Positions 1-14,160 of a stretch of DNA of 64,000 nucleotides are shown one piece after another. The stretch spans positions 30,997,811 to 31,061,810 of the forward strand of contig NC_068995.1 in assembly GCF_001194135.2 (NCBI RefSeq), in the 5' to 3' direction. This DNA comes from Octopus bimaculoides (Eukaryota). Position 1 is the first letter of the stretch, and each line of letters starts with the position of its first letter. Made by a program: the position numbers and the translations under genes. The notes under the pieces were generated by a model that saw only the letters and a list, made by a program, of their open reading frames with translations, made no database searches and had not been told where the DNA came from.

Positions 1-348
1 CTGGAGGACTATGATAAATAAGAGGGGGCTGAGGACGGAACCTTGGTGGACCCCTACCTCTACCCGGAATTCATTGCTGTACTCATTTCCAACCCTCACC
101 TTACTGGCAGCATCTCTGTACATGGCTCGCACAGCTCTCACTAACCATTCTTCTATCCCAAGTTTCCTCATTGACCACCAGATAAGGGATCGGGGGACCC
201 TGTCAAAGGCTTTCTCCATGTCAACGAAAGCCAGGTACAGAGGTTTATCCTTAGCTAGGTATTTCTCCTGCAACTGTCTCACTAGAAATAAGGCATCAGT
301 AGTGCTTTTACCTGGCACGAACCCAAACTGCATCTCATCTAAATTGAT
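1..348 (-). mobile_element. RTE-clade LINE reverse transcriptase fragment, stop-free, runs off the window
   Basis: Minus strand reads INLDEMQFGFVPGKSTTDALFLVRQLQEKYL...LAFVDMEKAFDRVP...GVHQGSVLSPLLFIIVLQ, with RT motifs QFGF, DxEKAFD and GVxQGSxLSP. 5'-truncated next to a (TA)n tract. Confidence 0.93.
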
Positions 349-856
349 TGTATATATATATATATCAAAGTGGACAGTATTATATATCCATTGCGGCTGA
401 TCTTACCTATTGATTTCACAGTAGGAGTTGAATGGAGTGATAGATAACAACCTAGTTATGTAACCATGCACTCTTTAGAGATGGCAGTTATGGAATCAAA
501 TACAATGCATGTATTTTGTAAAAACCAAGTTGACAGGAACTTCAACCACATAGAAGCTCCACTGTGTCATTAACTGTATTATGAAGTTTAGTCAACTTCA
601 CCACCTCCTAATTTGTGCCTTGTGTTTGTGTTATTTTCATTACAGTACATTGGTAGATCATTAGGAAATATATCTTGTCTTTACTATCTTAGATTAAGTC
701 CTACCCAAGTCAGCATGGCCTTTTATCCATTCTGAGTTGATAAAATTAAGTACCAATCAAGTACTGGAGTTGATATAATCAACTAACCCTCTTTCCTCAA
801 AATTGTTGGTTGTGTACTTAAAACAGAATCCTTTATTATTGTTTAGTGTTACTCAA

Positions 857-1028
857 GGCAGAATTGTTAGCATGCCAGGCTAAATGCTTAGTGGCATTTC
901 ATCTGTCTTTACGTTCTGAGTTCAAATTCTGCTGCGGTCGACTTTGCCTTTCATTCTTTCGGAGTTGATAAAATAAGTACCAGTTGAACACTGGGGTCAA
1001 TCTTGCTGGCCTTGTGCCAAAATTTGAA
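857..1028 (+). mobile_element. SINE family B, partial copy
   Basis: ggcagaattgttagc...gttctgagttcaaattc...gtcgactttgcctttcat...ataagtaccag...gtgccaaaatttgaa; many similar copies in the window. Confidence 0.8.
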
Positions 1029-1835
1029 GTGATTATTTAATGTTACCAATGGTGGGTCTGTGTTTAAGAAAAGATATTGGGTTACTTTATAAATTTTGTG
1101 TTTTTTCCCTGCTCTGTTCATGTGAAGTGATTTACATATATAGAGTTGAGGGACGGTTTTTTTCTCCCATTTGAATGAGAAAAAAGACTAAGCATGGCAT
1201 CCACTGTGATGGTAGTAAGAAGATGCTTCCACAGAGGTGGTAACACACACTAAACAAAATTCTAAAAACTGAAAGCAAAAAATTAACAGTAGGAAAGTGA
1301 CAGACATTCGTGCCTTGACACTTGAAAATTTTTATAGTAGTTTTGCTGTGGTGACAAACCAAAAAGAATCACAGGACATATATTGTTTTTCAGTTCCGCA
1401 TTCACTTCTACCTACTGTATACATTGAGGAGTCATCGAGATATCTTTCCACTACTATTTTTATTTTTTTCTTACTCCACCTCATCACTTCTATCTTCTCT
1501 TCTAAAATATGAATTGTCATGTTGCTATTCTACTGCAAGAAACCCATTCTGGTCCCTTTTCTCATGTATTAGCCCACTTATCTCTTAGTATAACAACATC
1601 TCTTCTGGGTTTGGAGTATTGCAAGCTACATGGCAACCTTGATTGTGCTGGTGGCATGATAAAAATATCTAGTACATACTCTGTAAAGTAGTTGGCACTA
1701 GGAAGAGCATCCAACCATAGAAGCCATGCCACAGTAGACACTGAAGCATGATGCAGTCCTTAGATCCATTAGAAACTGCCGAACCATCTGACTCATGCCA
1801 GAATGGAATAAACATTAAATGATGCTGATGATAAA

Positions 1836-2580
1836 ATCATCATCATCATGGTCATTTAATGTTCGTTTTCCATGTTGTCATGGGTTGGACAGTTTGACTG
1901 AAAGCTGGGGAGCTGCACCAGGTTCTGATCTGATTTGGCAAAGTTTCTACAGCTGGATGCCCTTCCTAACACCAATCATTCCGAGAGTGTAGTGGGTGTT
2001 TTTACATGCCACCAGCATGGGTGTCATTGACCTGATACTGGCATCAGCCACGGTTATGATCTCACTTGGCTTGACAGGTCTACACAAGCACAGTATATCA
2101 CTAAAAGTCTTGGTCACCTGTCATTGCCTCCATGAAGTCCAACGCTCAAACAGTGCTTTTTATGTGCCACCAGCACGGGTGCCAGTCAGATGGCACTGGC
2201 ATTGGTCATGACTATGATTCCACTCAGCTCAACAGGTTTTCACAAGCACAGCATATCACCCAACATTTGAAGGGTGCTTTTAACGGGCCAGTTACGTGAC
2301 ACTGGCATCGGTCAAGACTATGATCTTACTTGGCTTGACAGGTCTTCTCAAGCATGGCGTATTGCTAAAGGTCTTAGTCACTTGTCATTTCCTCTGTGAG
2401 ACCCAACATTTGATGATTGTGCCTCACCACCTTGTCCCATGTTTTCCTGGGTAGACCCAGGACCTCTTCATACAGTTGTCCTCATCTATATGCATCACAT
2501 GACCGTATCAGCACAGTCCTCTCTCTTGCACACCACATCTGATGCTTCTTATGCCCAACTTTTCTCTAAGGATGCTTACA
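1836..2580 (-). mobile_element. RTE LINE 3' end: ORF C-terminus, internally repeated 3' UTR and (GAT)n tail
   Basis: Minus strand near 2450-2580 reads SILREKLGIRSIRCGVQERGL..YGHVMH; three related blocks at 2000-2400; CAT-repeat tail at 1836. Confidence 0.7.
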
Positions 2581-5500
2581 CTCTAAAATGAATAAATGAA
2601 ATAAAAAACACAAAAGAAAGGGAATGTTTTCAAATCAAAACTGTATAAGACACAATGTGAAGCACCAAGTTCTGATGGAGACACTGGTGATTGATAGTCA
2701 TCATCATTTAATGTCCACTTTTCCATGCTTGCTTGGGTTAAATGGAATTTGTTGAGACAAATTTTCTACAGCCAAATGCCCTTCCTGTTTCCAAGCAAAG
2801 TAATATTTCCCCATAGGTGAACTTGTTTCCATAGAAGATTGAAAACAAACAGCACTACTTGTATGACAGTGGTGCTCATTTACAATTATCAGATGAAGTC
2901 AAGACATGGGAACTTAAGTGCATGCACACATATACACACGAATATACATATACAATAAGCTTTTTTCCATTTTCATCAACGAAATCTGCTCACATGTATG
3001 CCAGTGAGAGACTACAAGAGAAAACATGTGCCTAAGATGTTATGCAGTGGGACTGAACCCAACACCATATAGTTGGGAAGCAATTCTTAACCACACAATC
3101 ATGCATATACTAAAACAGAAATTATAGAACTTTGGCTGGAACAACAGCGATTTTATTACAGCATGAACCAAGGATGGGAGATGCTTCTTGTCACCTTTTA
3201 GTACAGTATGCAGTATAGGAAGTGGAGGTCAGTTGGATTTAGGGGATCTTCTCACCCTACTTAGGTAGCAGCTTCTTAACCATGTATGGGTGGATTTCCT
3301 CTTTGTATTTTTGTGTGTGCTCTCAGTTCCAATCAATCTGGAACCCCTTTTTCATTCTTTTTTTGCATCTTTCTTTTTCTCTCCCTCCCTTATACAGTGA
3401 TCTTGACCATCTACTCTCCTTCTTTCTAGCCTTTGTGCTTCTTACATATATACATATGCATTGCAATTTCAAGGTATCATAGGCTGGTTGGAAGTCTCAT
3501 AAAGAAGGCAGTCTCCATAAGCCATAGTGATGCTATCATGACTAGGAGAGAAGTGGATACTATAAGCCCTGGTAGATGTACAAGAGCAGTTAGCTCTTGG
3601 AATACCGGTAAAATAAATTCCTTGCTGAAGGTTCCATAGAAGTAGTTGATAGCTTCTGTTATTGAGGTGACCTAACCAATAGTTGGGTAGGGTTAAGTAG
3701 TGATCAGAAGTAGAATAGAACGTCTGCCAACAAGGGGATTCACTCTCTGAGCAAAAGGTAGATTGTACAATGTTATTGGGTAGTAAGATGTGGGCTTCGA
3801 ATGCTGGGGATATGTAAAGATTATAAAGAAATGAAGTGAGCACATTCTATTGAATGTGTGGATATGTATTGTTTGAAGAGGTACAAGTGAACTGAGAGAT
3901 TTAAAAAAAAACTGAGTATAAGAGGAATCAAGTGTTGTGTGCAAGAATGACAACTGCATTGGAATGGATATGTGACTCTTTTTACATGTTTCAGTCACTA
4001 GGCTGCGGCCATGCTGGGCATTGTCTTGAAGAATTTTTAGCCGAATAAATTGACCCCAGTACTAATTTTTTTTTTGTTAAGCCTGTTTCTTAATCTATCA
4101 GTCTTTTTTTTTTTTTTGCCAAATCGCTTAGTTATGGGGACATAGACACACCGACACTAGTTGTCAAGCAGTGGTGGGAGACAAACACAAAGACACACAC
4201 ACACATATATTCAATGGGCTTCTTACAGTTTCTGTCTGCCAAATCCACTCACAAGGCTTTGGTTGACCCGAGGCTATAGTAGAAGACACTTGCCCAAGGT
4301 GCTGTGCAGTGGGTTTGAACCCAGAACCATGTGGTTGGGAAGCAAGTTTCTTGCCACACAACCGTGCCTGTGCCTATATGGTATATGTGGATGATAGCTG
4401 TTGAGTAAAGAAGTACCAGGAGATTCCTGTGGAAAAGGAAGGCTAAAGAAAACATGGACAAAAGAGGTGAAAGCTGATCTCAGGATGTTGAATTGCACAG
4501 AGATGTCAAAGTAACACAAGTGGAGGGATGTTGTGTTAGGGAGGACCTGTCCAAATCCCACTGTGTGGCACCTTGGGCAGGTGTCTTTTACTACAGCCTC
4601 AAGCCGACCAAAACCTTATAAGTGGATGTGGTAGATGGAATCTGAAAGAAGCTCATCATTATATATATATATATATATATTATGTATATTTATATGTATG
4701 TCTTTGTGTCAGTGTTTCCCCCACCCCACCATTGCTTGACAACCGGTGTTAGTTGTTTTATGTCCCCTATAACTTAGCAGTTCAGCAAAAGAGACCAATA
4801 GAATAAGTACTAGGCTTTACAAAAATATGTACTGGGGTCAGTTTGTTTGACTAAAAGTTTAATGACTGAAACAAGGATAAAAGGTACATAAATACACATG
4901 TGCACATGCCTATTGCTTCAAAGGAGGAAGGACACATTAGCTACTGTTTTGTTTTCATGTTGTGGTTGTTGTAACAGTTCCACTCAAAGTTGGCTCTAAT
5001 TGCTCAGCTGTGATTCTTACCATTCCAATCAAGACCATCCCAACATTTTCATAAACATAGTGTATCTAGGACTGCATTGTCCAGTATGTTTTGATAAGAT
5101 TGTAGAATGTCATTTGGGGGAGATTTCATCATCATTTTCATTTAATGTCTGTTTTCCATGCAGGCATGGGTTGGACAGCTTGACTGGAACTGGCAAGGTC
5201 AGGGGCTGCACCAGGTTCCATAATCTGTTTTGGCTTGGTTTCTATGGCTAGATGCTCTTCCTAACACCAACCACTTTACAGAGTGTAATGGGTGCTTTTT
5301 ACATGGCACCAGCACCCACACCAATTCTTTTTACATGGCACCTTGGTTTTAGGATCTCTGGCTGCTAATACTTACAGTTTGTGCAACGATGTAGAGAGTA
5401 TCTCATTGTGTCAGTTAGTGGAAGGGTAGTACACATCACTTCTAATGACACCACCTAAAGACTAATGTGGTGGGGTGGAGCTAAGGTTAAATGTAGAAGC

Positions 5501-6475
5501 TGAGTCCTACATATCAACAAAGGAAACAACTGGGTGGTCACAGCTGGAAGCTCTTATCATTGTCTCTGGTTTCTTGGTACTAAACAACATTTTGAGCATG
5601 TGTGCATATGTGTTTATATGATAGAAAATCAATAGGTTGGCTTTTTGTGTTGAATTTTTATCAATGGCTGAACTGATTTCTTTAATTTAGTACAGGCTAT
5701 GGAGTTGGAGGTGAAGTTGTGATATTCATGCCATTTCCCGGTGATATTTTTTATTGTTTGTCAGCCTTGTTTATTTATGTTGAATGTTTGGTTTTGTTTG
5801 TTTTGTTGTTGTTTATGTATCCCACCTTTCCGGGTCAGCACTGATTCAGTAGCTCTTTAAGAAAAAGTGCTCCACCCATGACCATCCTGTATTTTCTATT
5901 TAGACATAGTGTACCTAGGACTACATTGTCTAATGTACTCTTCATTGCTGAGCAACAGTCAGCTTGATTCAGCAGGCATATAATCAAAAACAGATTCCAG
6001 TTGAGGGAGGTCAGCCTGTATTTTATATTGTCATAGTGTATCTAGGACTACATTTTTGAAGATTAAATAGGTGCAAGTGTAGTTGTGTGGATAGGGAGGT
6101 CACTTCCAAACCTTGTGGTTTCAAATTCCATCTCACTCTGGCACCTTGGACGAATGTCTTTTATTGTAGCTAGTAAATGGAATTGGTAAATGGAAACTAT
6201 GGAAGCCCTTGTTGTGTGTGTTTGTGTTTCATTCATTCATCATAACTTTCCATGTTTCTATGGGTTAAAATGGATTTCTTGAAGGATATTTTCTATGGCT
6301 AGATACTTTTCTTGTCACTAGCCCATAACAATTTCCAGACAAGGTAATATTTTTCTCATAGCCAGATATGTTTTCACAGAAAACTGGAAACAAACAGCCA
6401 CACTTGTATGATGATGATGCTCATTTGCAACTATCACATATCTAGACACGAGTACACACAAGTATACGCATATGC

Positions 6476-6518
<43 letters not shown>

Positions 6519-7106
6519 GCTTCTTTTAGTTTCTGTCTACCAAATCTACTCACATATGAGAGTTTTCTCTTTTGGTAAATATTGCAGTATTCTAACACAA
6601 CATCCACTTTTAAGTGGTGATTATTTTACTTTGGAGATTAATACTACCTCTGTTGCTCTCCCTCCCCCTCTCTTTCTCTCTACCTCTCTCTCTCTGGCCA
6701 GGTAACCATGTACCTCCTCTATAGTAAGACACCTGTTTCTGTCTCTCTGTCACACTCTAACCTTTTGTCATCTGACACAAGATCACTTCCTCCAATGCCT
6801 TCTTCCCTCTCAAAAATTCCTTGTCTTGTAAGTTACTTGGTGACCCTGCCAGTGCTGGTGCCACATAAAAAGCATTCAGTCCACACTATGAGGTGATCGT
6901 CATTTGGAAGGGCATCCAGCTGCAAAAATCATGCTAAAACTGATCTCACCTGTGCTTGTGCCATGTAAAAAGCTATTCTGCTAGGTGGGTGGGTGGGTGG
7001 TGTTAGGAAAGGCATCCAGTTGTAAAAGATATGCCAAAACAGACACAGTAGCCTGTTGTAGTCTTCTACCTGGCCGGCTCCTGTCAAACCGTCCAACCCA
7101 TGACAG

Positions 7107-7200
7107 CATGGAAGGGGATGTTAAATGATGATGATAGAGAGAAATCCTAAAACCATGGAAGGGGATGTTAAATGATGATGATAGAGAGAAATCCTAAAAC
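7107..7200. repeat. Perfect 47-bp tandem duplication
   Basis: catggaaggggatgttaaatgatgatgatagagagaaatcctaaaac at 7107-7153 and 7154-7200. Confidence 0.9.
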
Positions 7201-8035
7201 CAAAGTGCCATGTAAAAAGCACCCAGTACACTAAAATGGTTGGTGTTGGGAAGGGCAACCAGTCATAGAAACCAAGCTAAAACAGACTGTTGTACCTGGT
7301 GTGACTCCTGGCCTGCCAGTTCCTGTCAAGTCATTCAATCCATGTCAGCATGGAAAACAGACAGTAAATGTTGATGATGATGATGATAAAAAATGTATAT
7401 GCATATGCACACACACATGTTCACACATGCACATGCATATATGCCTGTGAATGTTTGTTTACATTCTGCTTCTTTGCATGAAACTATTCGATCAAACATG
7501 ATGTCGGCATCCAACACTTGCTAGCTTGGACAAAAAGAAAAGAAAAAAAACGTGACATAAAATGAATGCATGGGATGTAATTTGAGGTAGGATTCACTGC
7601 CATTTCTAGCAGATCTTTAGTGTTATAGTGTGTTAGGGAGTGAGAGGTGGAACATGTGAATGACAGGAAATAATTATTTCAATAGAGCTCTTCTGTTAAT
7701 AGAAAGGTGTTGGCAGCAAAATGGTGAAGTGGCCATAAAAGTATATTGACTGCAGCATTTTAAACAGTTGATATATATATATATATATGTGTGTGTGAGT
7801 GTGTTTAGTAGAAGCAAGTGTGACTTTAGTTGAGAGTTTCGTGTGTTGGCACTTATCAAACTCTGTTGCTTCTGCTAAATGTACTCAGATTTTGAGTCCT
7901 ATTTTTCCTTTTTGCATCACTGTACTTATGTGTGTATATATATATATATATATATGCATATGTGTTTGTGTGTGTATATACATATATATATATGTGTGTG
8001 TATGTGTCCCTGTTTAAGAAATGTTTTGATTTAAT

Positions 8036-8437
8036 AGGCGCAAGAGTGGCTGTATGGTAAGTAGCTTACTTACCAACCACATGGTTCCAGGTTCATTCCC
8101 ACTGCGTGGCACCTTGGGCAAGTGTCTTCTACTATAGCCTTGGGCCAACCAAAGCCTTACGAGTGGATTTGGTAGACGGAAACTGAAAAAAGCCCGTCGT
8201 ATATATGTATATATATGTATGTGCGTATATGTTTGTGTGTCTGTGTTTGTCCCTCCAACATCACTTGACAACCGATGCTGGTGTGTTTATGTCCCAGTAA
8301 CATAGCGGTTTGGCAAAAGAGACCGATAGAATAAGTACTAGGCTTACAAAGAATAAGTCCTGGTGTCGATTTGCTCAACTAAAGGCGGTGCTCAAGCATG
8401 GCCGCAGTCAAATGACTGAAACAAGTAAAAGAGTAAA
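8036..8437 (+). mobile_element. SINE family A (tRNA-like head, ccttgggcaag core, central TA/TG tract), near full length
   Basis: A-box-like TGGCTGTATGG and B-box-like GGTTCATTCCC; near-identical to the copy at 10033-10419. Confidence 0.85.
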
Positions 8438-8493
8438 GCCATATCTTAATACACAGATGTATAACCACACTCTCATGGACATACACAGATATA

Positions 8494-8592
8494 AAAGTGG
8501 GTGTGGAAAAGTTCCTGGCTTTGGGTGAAAGGAAATACAGGAGGATCATATTTCCCTCTCAGATTCATACACTTGTTGCAGCGATCCTTCAG
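8494..8592 (-). mobile_element. Mariner-type terminal fragment
   Basis: gggtgtggaaaagttcctggcttt resembles a mariner TIR; minus strand LKDRCNKC resembles a transposase C-terminus. Confidence 0.4.
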
Positions 8593-10032
8593 TAAGGATT
8601 GCCTCCTTATTTAATTAAGTAATGGCTGAGTATTCCACAGATGTGTACTCTTAACATAATCCTCAGATATAGTCAACATGATGCAGTGTATGACAAGGTT
8701 GGATTTTTAAATTACAGTTTGTCAAATGAGTTTCCACAGTTTCTATCTCTGGTTGACCTGACACTGTGATAGAAGACATTTACCTCCAAATGCCATGTGG
8801 TGGGGGTCAAAGCCAGTGTCACGTGATTCTGGAGAAAATTTCTTAACTGCTCAATCAGACATGCATACAGTCAGATGTCATCATCATCATTTAATGTCCA
8901 CTTTTCCATGCTTGCATGAGTCTGATGGAATTTGTTGAGGCAGATTTTCTATGACTGGATGCCCTTCTTGTTTCCAAGCCAGGTAATATTTTCCATGAAA
9001 GACTGGAAATGAACAACATGGGTCATAGACACTTGCATAGTGCCATGCAGTGGGATTGAGTCCAGGACCTCATTGTTGAGTTGCAAGTTTCTTAACCACA
9101 CAGCCATATCTTCATCTATCACAGCCACATCTGTGCCTATGGTCACAGCTGCGGCTGTGCCTATATATATATATATATATATATCTAGGTGCAGTTGTAG
9201 CTGTGACCATAATCACAGATACACATGCATGTGCGCGCACACATACACACGCACGCACACACTGCTCCTGCCATATATGTGTATGTACAGATGTATTTGG
9301 GTGTTTGTATATATATGGAATGCAGTAAGCAGTAAAAAGATATCCAGTGTAATTTGGATGGTAATCCACTGTAGAGTTTCCAAGGTAGAGGTCAAAGTTG
9401 GAACTTCCCCTTGGTTTATTGCTCTTCCCTTTCTGTGTTGTCTTTTTTTATATACACTCACTATTTCTCTTTCTCATTCTCCCTATGCTCTTTATCCTTT
9501 CTTTTCTAAAGAAAGACTAACATCCAAAATGTTAAGACTCCCTTTCTCCCTTGAAGTTTTAAACTAATACCATGTTTATCAAACTTTGTTCTTACTGTGT
9601 TCGTTTTAATGTTTTTCGTCTTTCCATATATGGAAAGCTCCCAACTACATGGTTCCCGGGTTCAGTCCCACTACATGGCACCTTGGATAAGTATCTTCTA
9701 CTATAGCCTCAGGCTAACCAAATCCTTGTGAGTGGATTTGGTAGATAGAAACTGAAAGAAGCCTATTGTATGTGTGTGTGTGTGTCTTTGTGTATGTGTT
9801 TGCCTCCCACCACCACTTGACAACTGGTGTTGATGTGTTTACAGCCCTGTAACTTAGTGGTTNNNNNNNNNNACTTAGTGGTTCAGCAAAAGGGACCAAT
9901 AGAATAAGTACCAAGATTTACAAAAAAAATAAATACTTAGGTTGATTCATTTGACTAAAATTCTTCAAGGTGGTGCTCCAGCATGGCCACAGTCTAATGA
10001 GTGAAACAACTAAACTATAAAAGATAAATGAT

Positions 10033-10419
10033 AGGCGCAGGAGTGGCTGTGTGGTAAGTAGCTTGCTTACCAACCACATGGTTCGGGGTTCAGTCCCACT
10101 GCGTGGCACTTTGGGCAAGTGTCTTCTACTATAGCCTCGGGCCGACCAAAGCCTTGTGAGTGGATTTGGTAGACAGAAACTGAAAGAAGACCGTCGTATA
10201 TATATATGTTTGTGTGTCTGTGCTTGTCCCCCCAAACATCACTTGACAACCGATGCTGGTGTGTTTACGTCCCTGTAACTTAGAGGTTTGGCAAAAGAGC
10301 CCAATAGAATAAGTACTAGGCTTACAAAGAATAAGTCCTGAGGTCGATTTGCTCGACCAAAAGCGGTGCTCCAGCATGGCCACAGTCAAATGACTGAAAC
10401 AAGTAAAAGAGTAAAAGAG
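10033..10419 (+). mobile_element. SINE family A, full-length copy
   Basis: aggcgcaggagtggctgtgtggtaagtag...ggttcagtcccactgcgtggca...gaaacaagtaaaagagtaaaagag. Other copies at about 4000-4375(-), 9640-10025, 15601-15970, 28500-28830(-), 37260-37632(-), 50320-50690(-). Confidence 0.87.
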
Positions 10420-12725
10420 ATACATGATACTTTTTATGTCCAGTTTTTCTCTCATTTCAGTTGCACATTGTTGTATATGCATTCTGATATTGCACATCCA
10501 GCAGAGCATGCTAGCTTTATTTCTTTCTAGTCTTCATATATTCTCTCCATTCACGGTCCATGTTTTACTACCTTGTAAGCATTATCTGTTTTTCACTCTG
10601 AGAGAGAAGCCTTTTATACCACCAGAGGTAATAGCTCTTTGAGCTTTCTCCGGTTATTCTGTTCTAGCAACTATGCTTTCAAAGCATCCTCCTCCATTGC
10701 TACTTAGGTCACAGAAGCTGAGGCATCAGCTGTAGTATGCAAGAGAAAAGAACTGTGGTGGTATGGTAATGTGATGTGTATGGATGAGGAAAGTTGCATA
10801 CGGAGGTATCAATTGCCCAGGAAGATGTGGGACAAAGTAGTGAAGACTGACCCCAGGATGTTGAGCATCTCAGAAGAGATGACAAAGGGCTGACATAGAT
10901 GATTTGCTGTGTTCAAGAAGACCCATTCACCCTGGCAAAAATGAGATCCTAAAAGCATATATCTATATCCTGTATTCAAGCTCCCATCTTCCCATCATCC
11001 ACCCTTGTTTGTCACTCTCTATCCCCATATTCACTCCTGCATACCTTTGATCTCTCTACATACCTTGTCACTGAGCAACTCTCCTCCACCACCTCTCTCC
11101 CTGCACACATCATTTCCCTATTTGTTGTCTATGCAGTATTATTACAATGCTGCTTCCCTACTTTTTTGTATTGCCTCCTCCTCCTCCTCCCTGACTCACT
11201 CCTATTTCCTTCACCATTGACCATGTCCCCTCTTGTTTGCTACTCACTACATCCCTATATCTTTATATTCTTTAACTCTAACCATTTGTTGCTCTCCTCA
11301 CACTCTTGTGAACCCACCTGATGCTCTGTCCCTCCCTATCCCTTTCACTTGTTCCTCTGTTCCCATCCTCTTCACATTCACCCTCTTGTACCTTGAGGGT
11401 ACATCTTGACACCTCATCTTCTCTTCTTTTTCAGTTGCAGTAGTTATGTATATCCTTTAAAGCAAGATAACTGTACCTACCCTATTATATACTCTTGCCT
11501 CTTAACACCTGGCATAAGCCATCGCCCTCAATTCTACACCATTCTCAATCAAGGGATTTAGTTTTGTAAGCCAGTTGGCAACCTCACTAATGCTGGAGAT
11601 ATGAAAAAGGACACAATACATCATGTAAAGTGGTTGGTGTTAGAAAGGACATTTTGTTAGACACCATGCCAAAAACAGACCTTGGAGCTTGACACAATTC
11701 TCTGACCTGTCAGATCCTATCAAACTGTCTAACCCATGCCTGCATGGAAAATGGATGCTAAATGATGATGGTGATGGTGATATATGTGTGTGTGTATAGG
11801 ACTTTGTTTCTCAGTGAAACTAAATGCATATAAATAAGACTTTGTGTGTTTATTTCACTTTTACATACAAGTGTGTGTGTATGTGTGTAAAATTGCAGTG
11901 CAAATGTCATTGGAAATATCCATTCTAGTGTTTGACTTTCTCATGTAAAAATGTTTGCTCTACCTTAACTCTGCAACTCCGAAGATGGATACTTGCATGG
12001 CTGAGGACTGAGCTAATGTTTCTACTTTTTCCTTGGTGGAGGACACCTTTCTTATATTGATTAAACAGTTTGTGTGTAATTTAACATAAGATTGGTTGCC
12101 AGACATCCTCCAGTCTTTTATTAATTACACATGCAATAATAGAATGGTATGTTTTAGTTATGCGCACACACACACATACACACACACACACTCTCTCTCT
12201 CTCTCTATATATATATGTGTGTGTATGTATATATATATATAGAGAGAGAGAGAGCGAGATAGATAGATAGATAGATAGGCAGAGGTCACAAATGAATGTG
12301 GCCTGCATTCCAAATATGGAAACAGAGAAATATGGAGGGGTATCAGTACAGCTCTTGTCATAATTGCCTGAATACAAATCTTTTTAATTATAGAATGAAT
12401 ATGTCTGTTAATTATCCTTCTGCTAGTTTACTTGTTTTGCTTTTGAGCTAAAATTTGAGTTGGTTAGACATGGAAAAATGGAAGTTTAGAATTGATAAAT
12501 TATACAGGAGAACAGTCTAGAATCTGATACAGTCACACACACACACTAGTTGTTTAATTTATTGTCTGATGTAATAATTTCTTTGAAAGATATGATGTGA
12601 TTGTTGTTGTTGTTTAGGCCCTGATCAACCTTGATGAAGCAGATTATGAACAAAAGCACTCCAGCTGTGACCATCCATCCTTTGATTGTTAAGCATTGCA
12701 GATATCTTGGTGTATGTTATCCAAT

Positions 12726-13075
12726 ATAAACTAAATACTTCACAATATTAAGCAAAAACAAAAACCTGACATTACTTGACCTGCTATAAACAGTAGCTAA
12801 CTCTATTAAATCACACCATCTCAAATACTACATATACACACACACACATGCGCATATATATGTATATATATATATATCACTCCATCTTAATTATAAACTG
12901 CAGCTATCTCCTTATTAAATTACACCATCTTAAATAGTGCGCACACACACACACACACACACACACTATTTAAGTTGGTAGGGTGTGAGTCAATAAGAAA
13001 TTGGCTGTTGTTTATAGCAGGCTAAATAATGTCAGGTTTTTGTTTTTGCATGATATTGTGAAGCATTTAGTTTAT
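12726..13075. repeat. Fold-back inverted repeat, about 80-bp arms around a CA/TA-rich spacer
   Basis: 12726-12807 ataaactaaatacttcacaatatt...cctgctataaac is the reverse complement of 12992-13075 with few mismatches. Confidence 0.8.
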
Positions 13076-14102
13076 TACTTCTCCATTTCCAACAACTGTG
13101 CCTTTCTTGTTTTATTGAAAGAAATAGCATCAACATCACCATAAATCTGTTTTCCATTCTTGCATGTGTTGTACAGAGTTTATTGAGGCAGATTTTCTAT
13201 GGCTGAATGCCATTCCTGTTACTAACCCTCAACTGTTTCCTAGTAATCTAATATCTCTTCATGGCTTGACATGTTTTCACAGAATATTGGAATAAATGAC
13301 ATTGCTTGCATGACAATGATACTCATTTCTGGCTATAATGGGATATCAAGACAAGGGGACACACACACACACGCATGATGAGTTTCTTTCAGTTTCCATC
13401 AACCAAATCCACTTACAAGACTTTGGTTGGCCTGGGGTTATACTAGAACACACTTGCCCAGGCTACCATGTAGTGAGACTTAACCTGAAACCATATAGTT
13501 GGGAAGCAAACTTCTTGACCACACACCCATGCCTATCCCTATATCTTCAATATTTATGTCTTGTATGTTGCTGAGTAGAACTGGGATCAAAAGTGTTCCA
13601 ATCATGACCATCACAACTTTTTATATATCGCATAACATTATCCAATGCATACTACCTTATTTAAAAAGGAAGGCACTTTGGAAAAATTTGTCAAAAGAAG
13701 ACATGGCTGTGTACTTAAGAAGCTTGCTTCCCAACTACATGTTGGGTTCAGTCTCACTGTGTGGCACCTTGGGTAAGTGTCTCTTATGGAGCCTATCAAT
13801 GTCTTGACGCCTTCTGAGTGGAATTAGTGTATAGTAACTGTACAGATGTCCATTGTGTGTGTGTGTGTGTGTGTGTTAATGTTTGGATTCCTTGTTTTGC
13901 ATGTGAAGTTTGCTGCCATTCTCTGTCACCAGTCATCCAGTGGTTCTATGCTTTCAAATGTGTATGGAATAAAAGGTACCTTGCTTGTAAAACGAGAGGA
14001 TTAACAACAAAAAGGGCATAAAGCTGTAAAAAAAAATATTTCAATTTGTCTTTGCCTTACTCATCCTAGCATGGGAAATTGGATATTAAACAAATGAATG
14101 TC

Positions 14103-14160
14103 GTTGCCCTCAGTATTAGCAAAGCTTTTGACTGTGGTGAGCAAATTTTCTGCATGTAAA
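14103..14160 (+). mobile_element. Tiny LINE RT motif remnant (VALSISKAFDC)
   Basis: Resembles the VALDISKAFD RT motif of CR1/Jockey-like LINEs; very short, followed by a stop. Confidence 0.3.

Noticed and set aside
11-400. 129-aa plus-strand ORF
   Set aside because: It is the antisense shadow of the minus-strand RTE reverse transcriptase frame.
1287-1418. Short imperfect inverted repeat acagtagg..aagtga / tcactt..cctactgt
   Set aside because: Arms are only about 15 bp, gapped and 100 nt apart; compatible with chance.
8036-8110. tRNA gene
   Set aside because: The A/B-box-like head belongs to a multicopy SINE and does not form a full cloverleaf.
9852-9883. acttagtggtt duplicated on both sides of a 10-N gap
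   Set aside because: Most likely an unmerged contig overlap inside a SINE.
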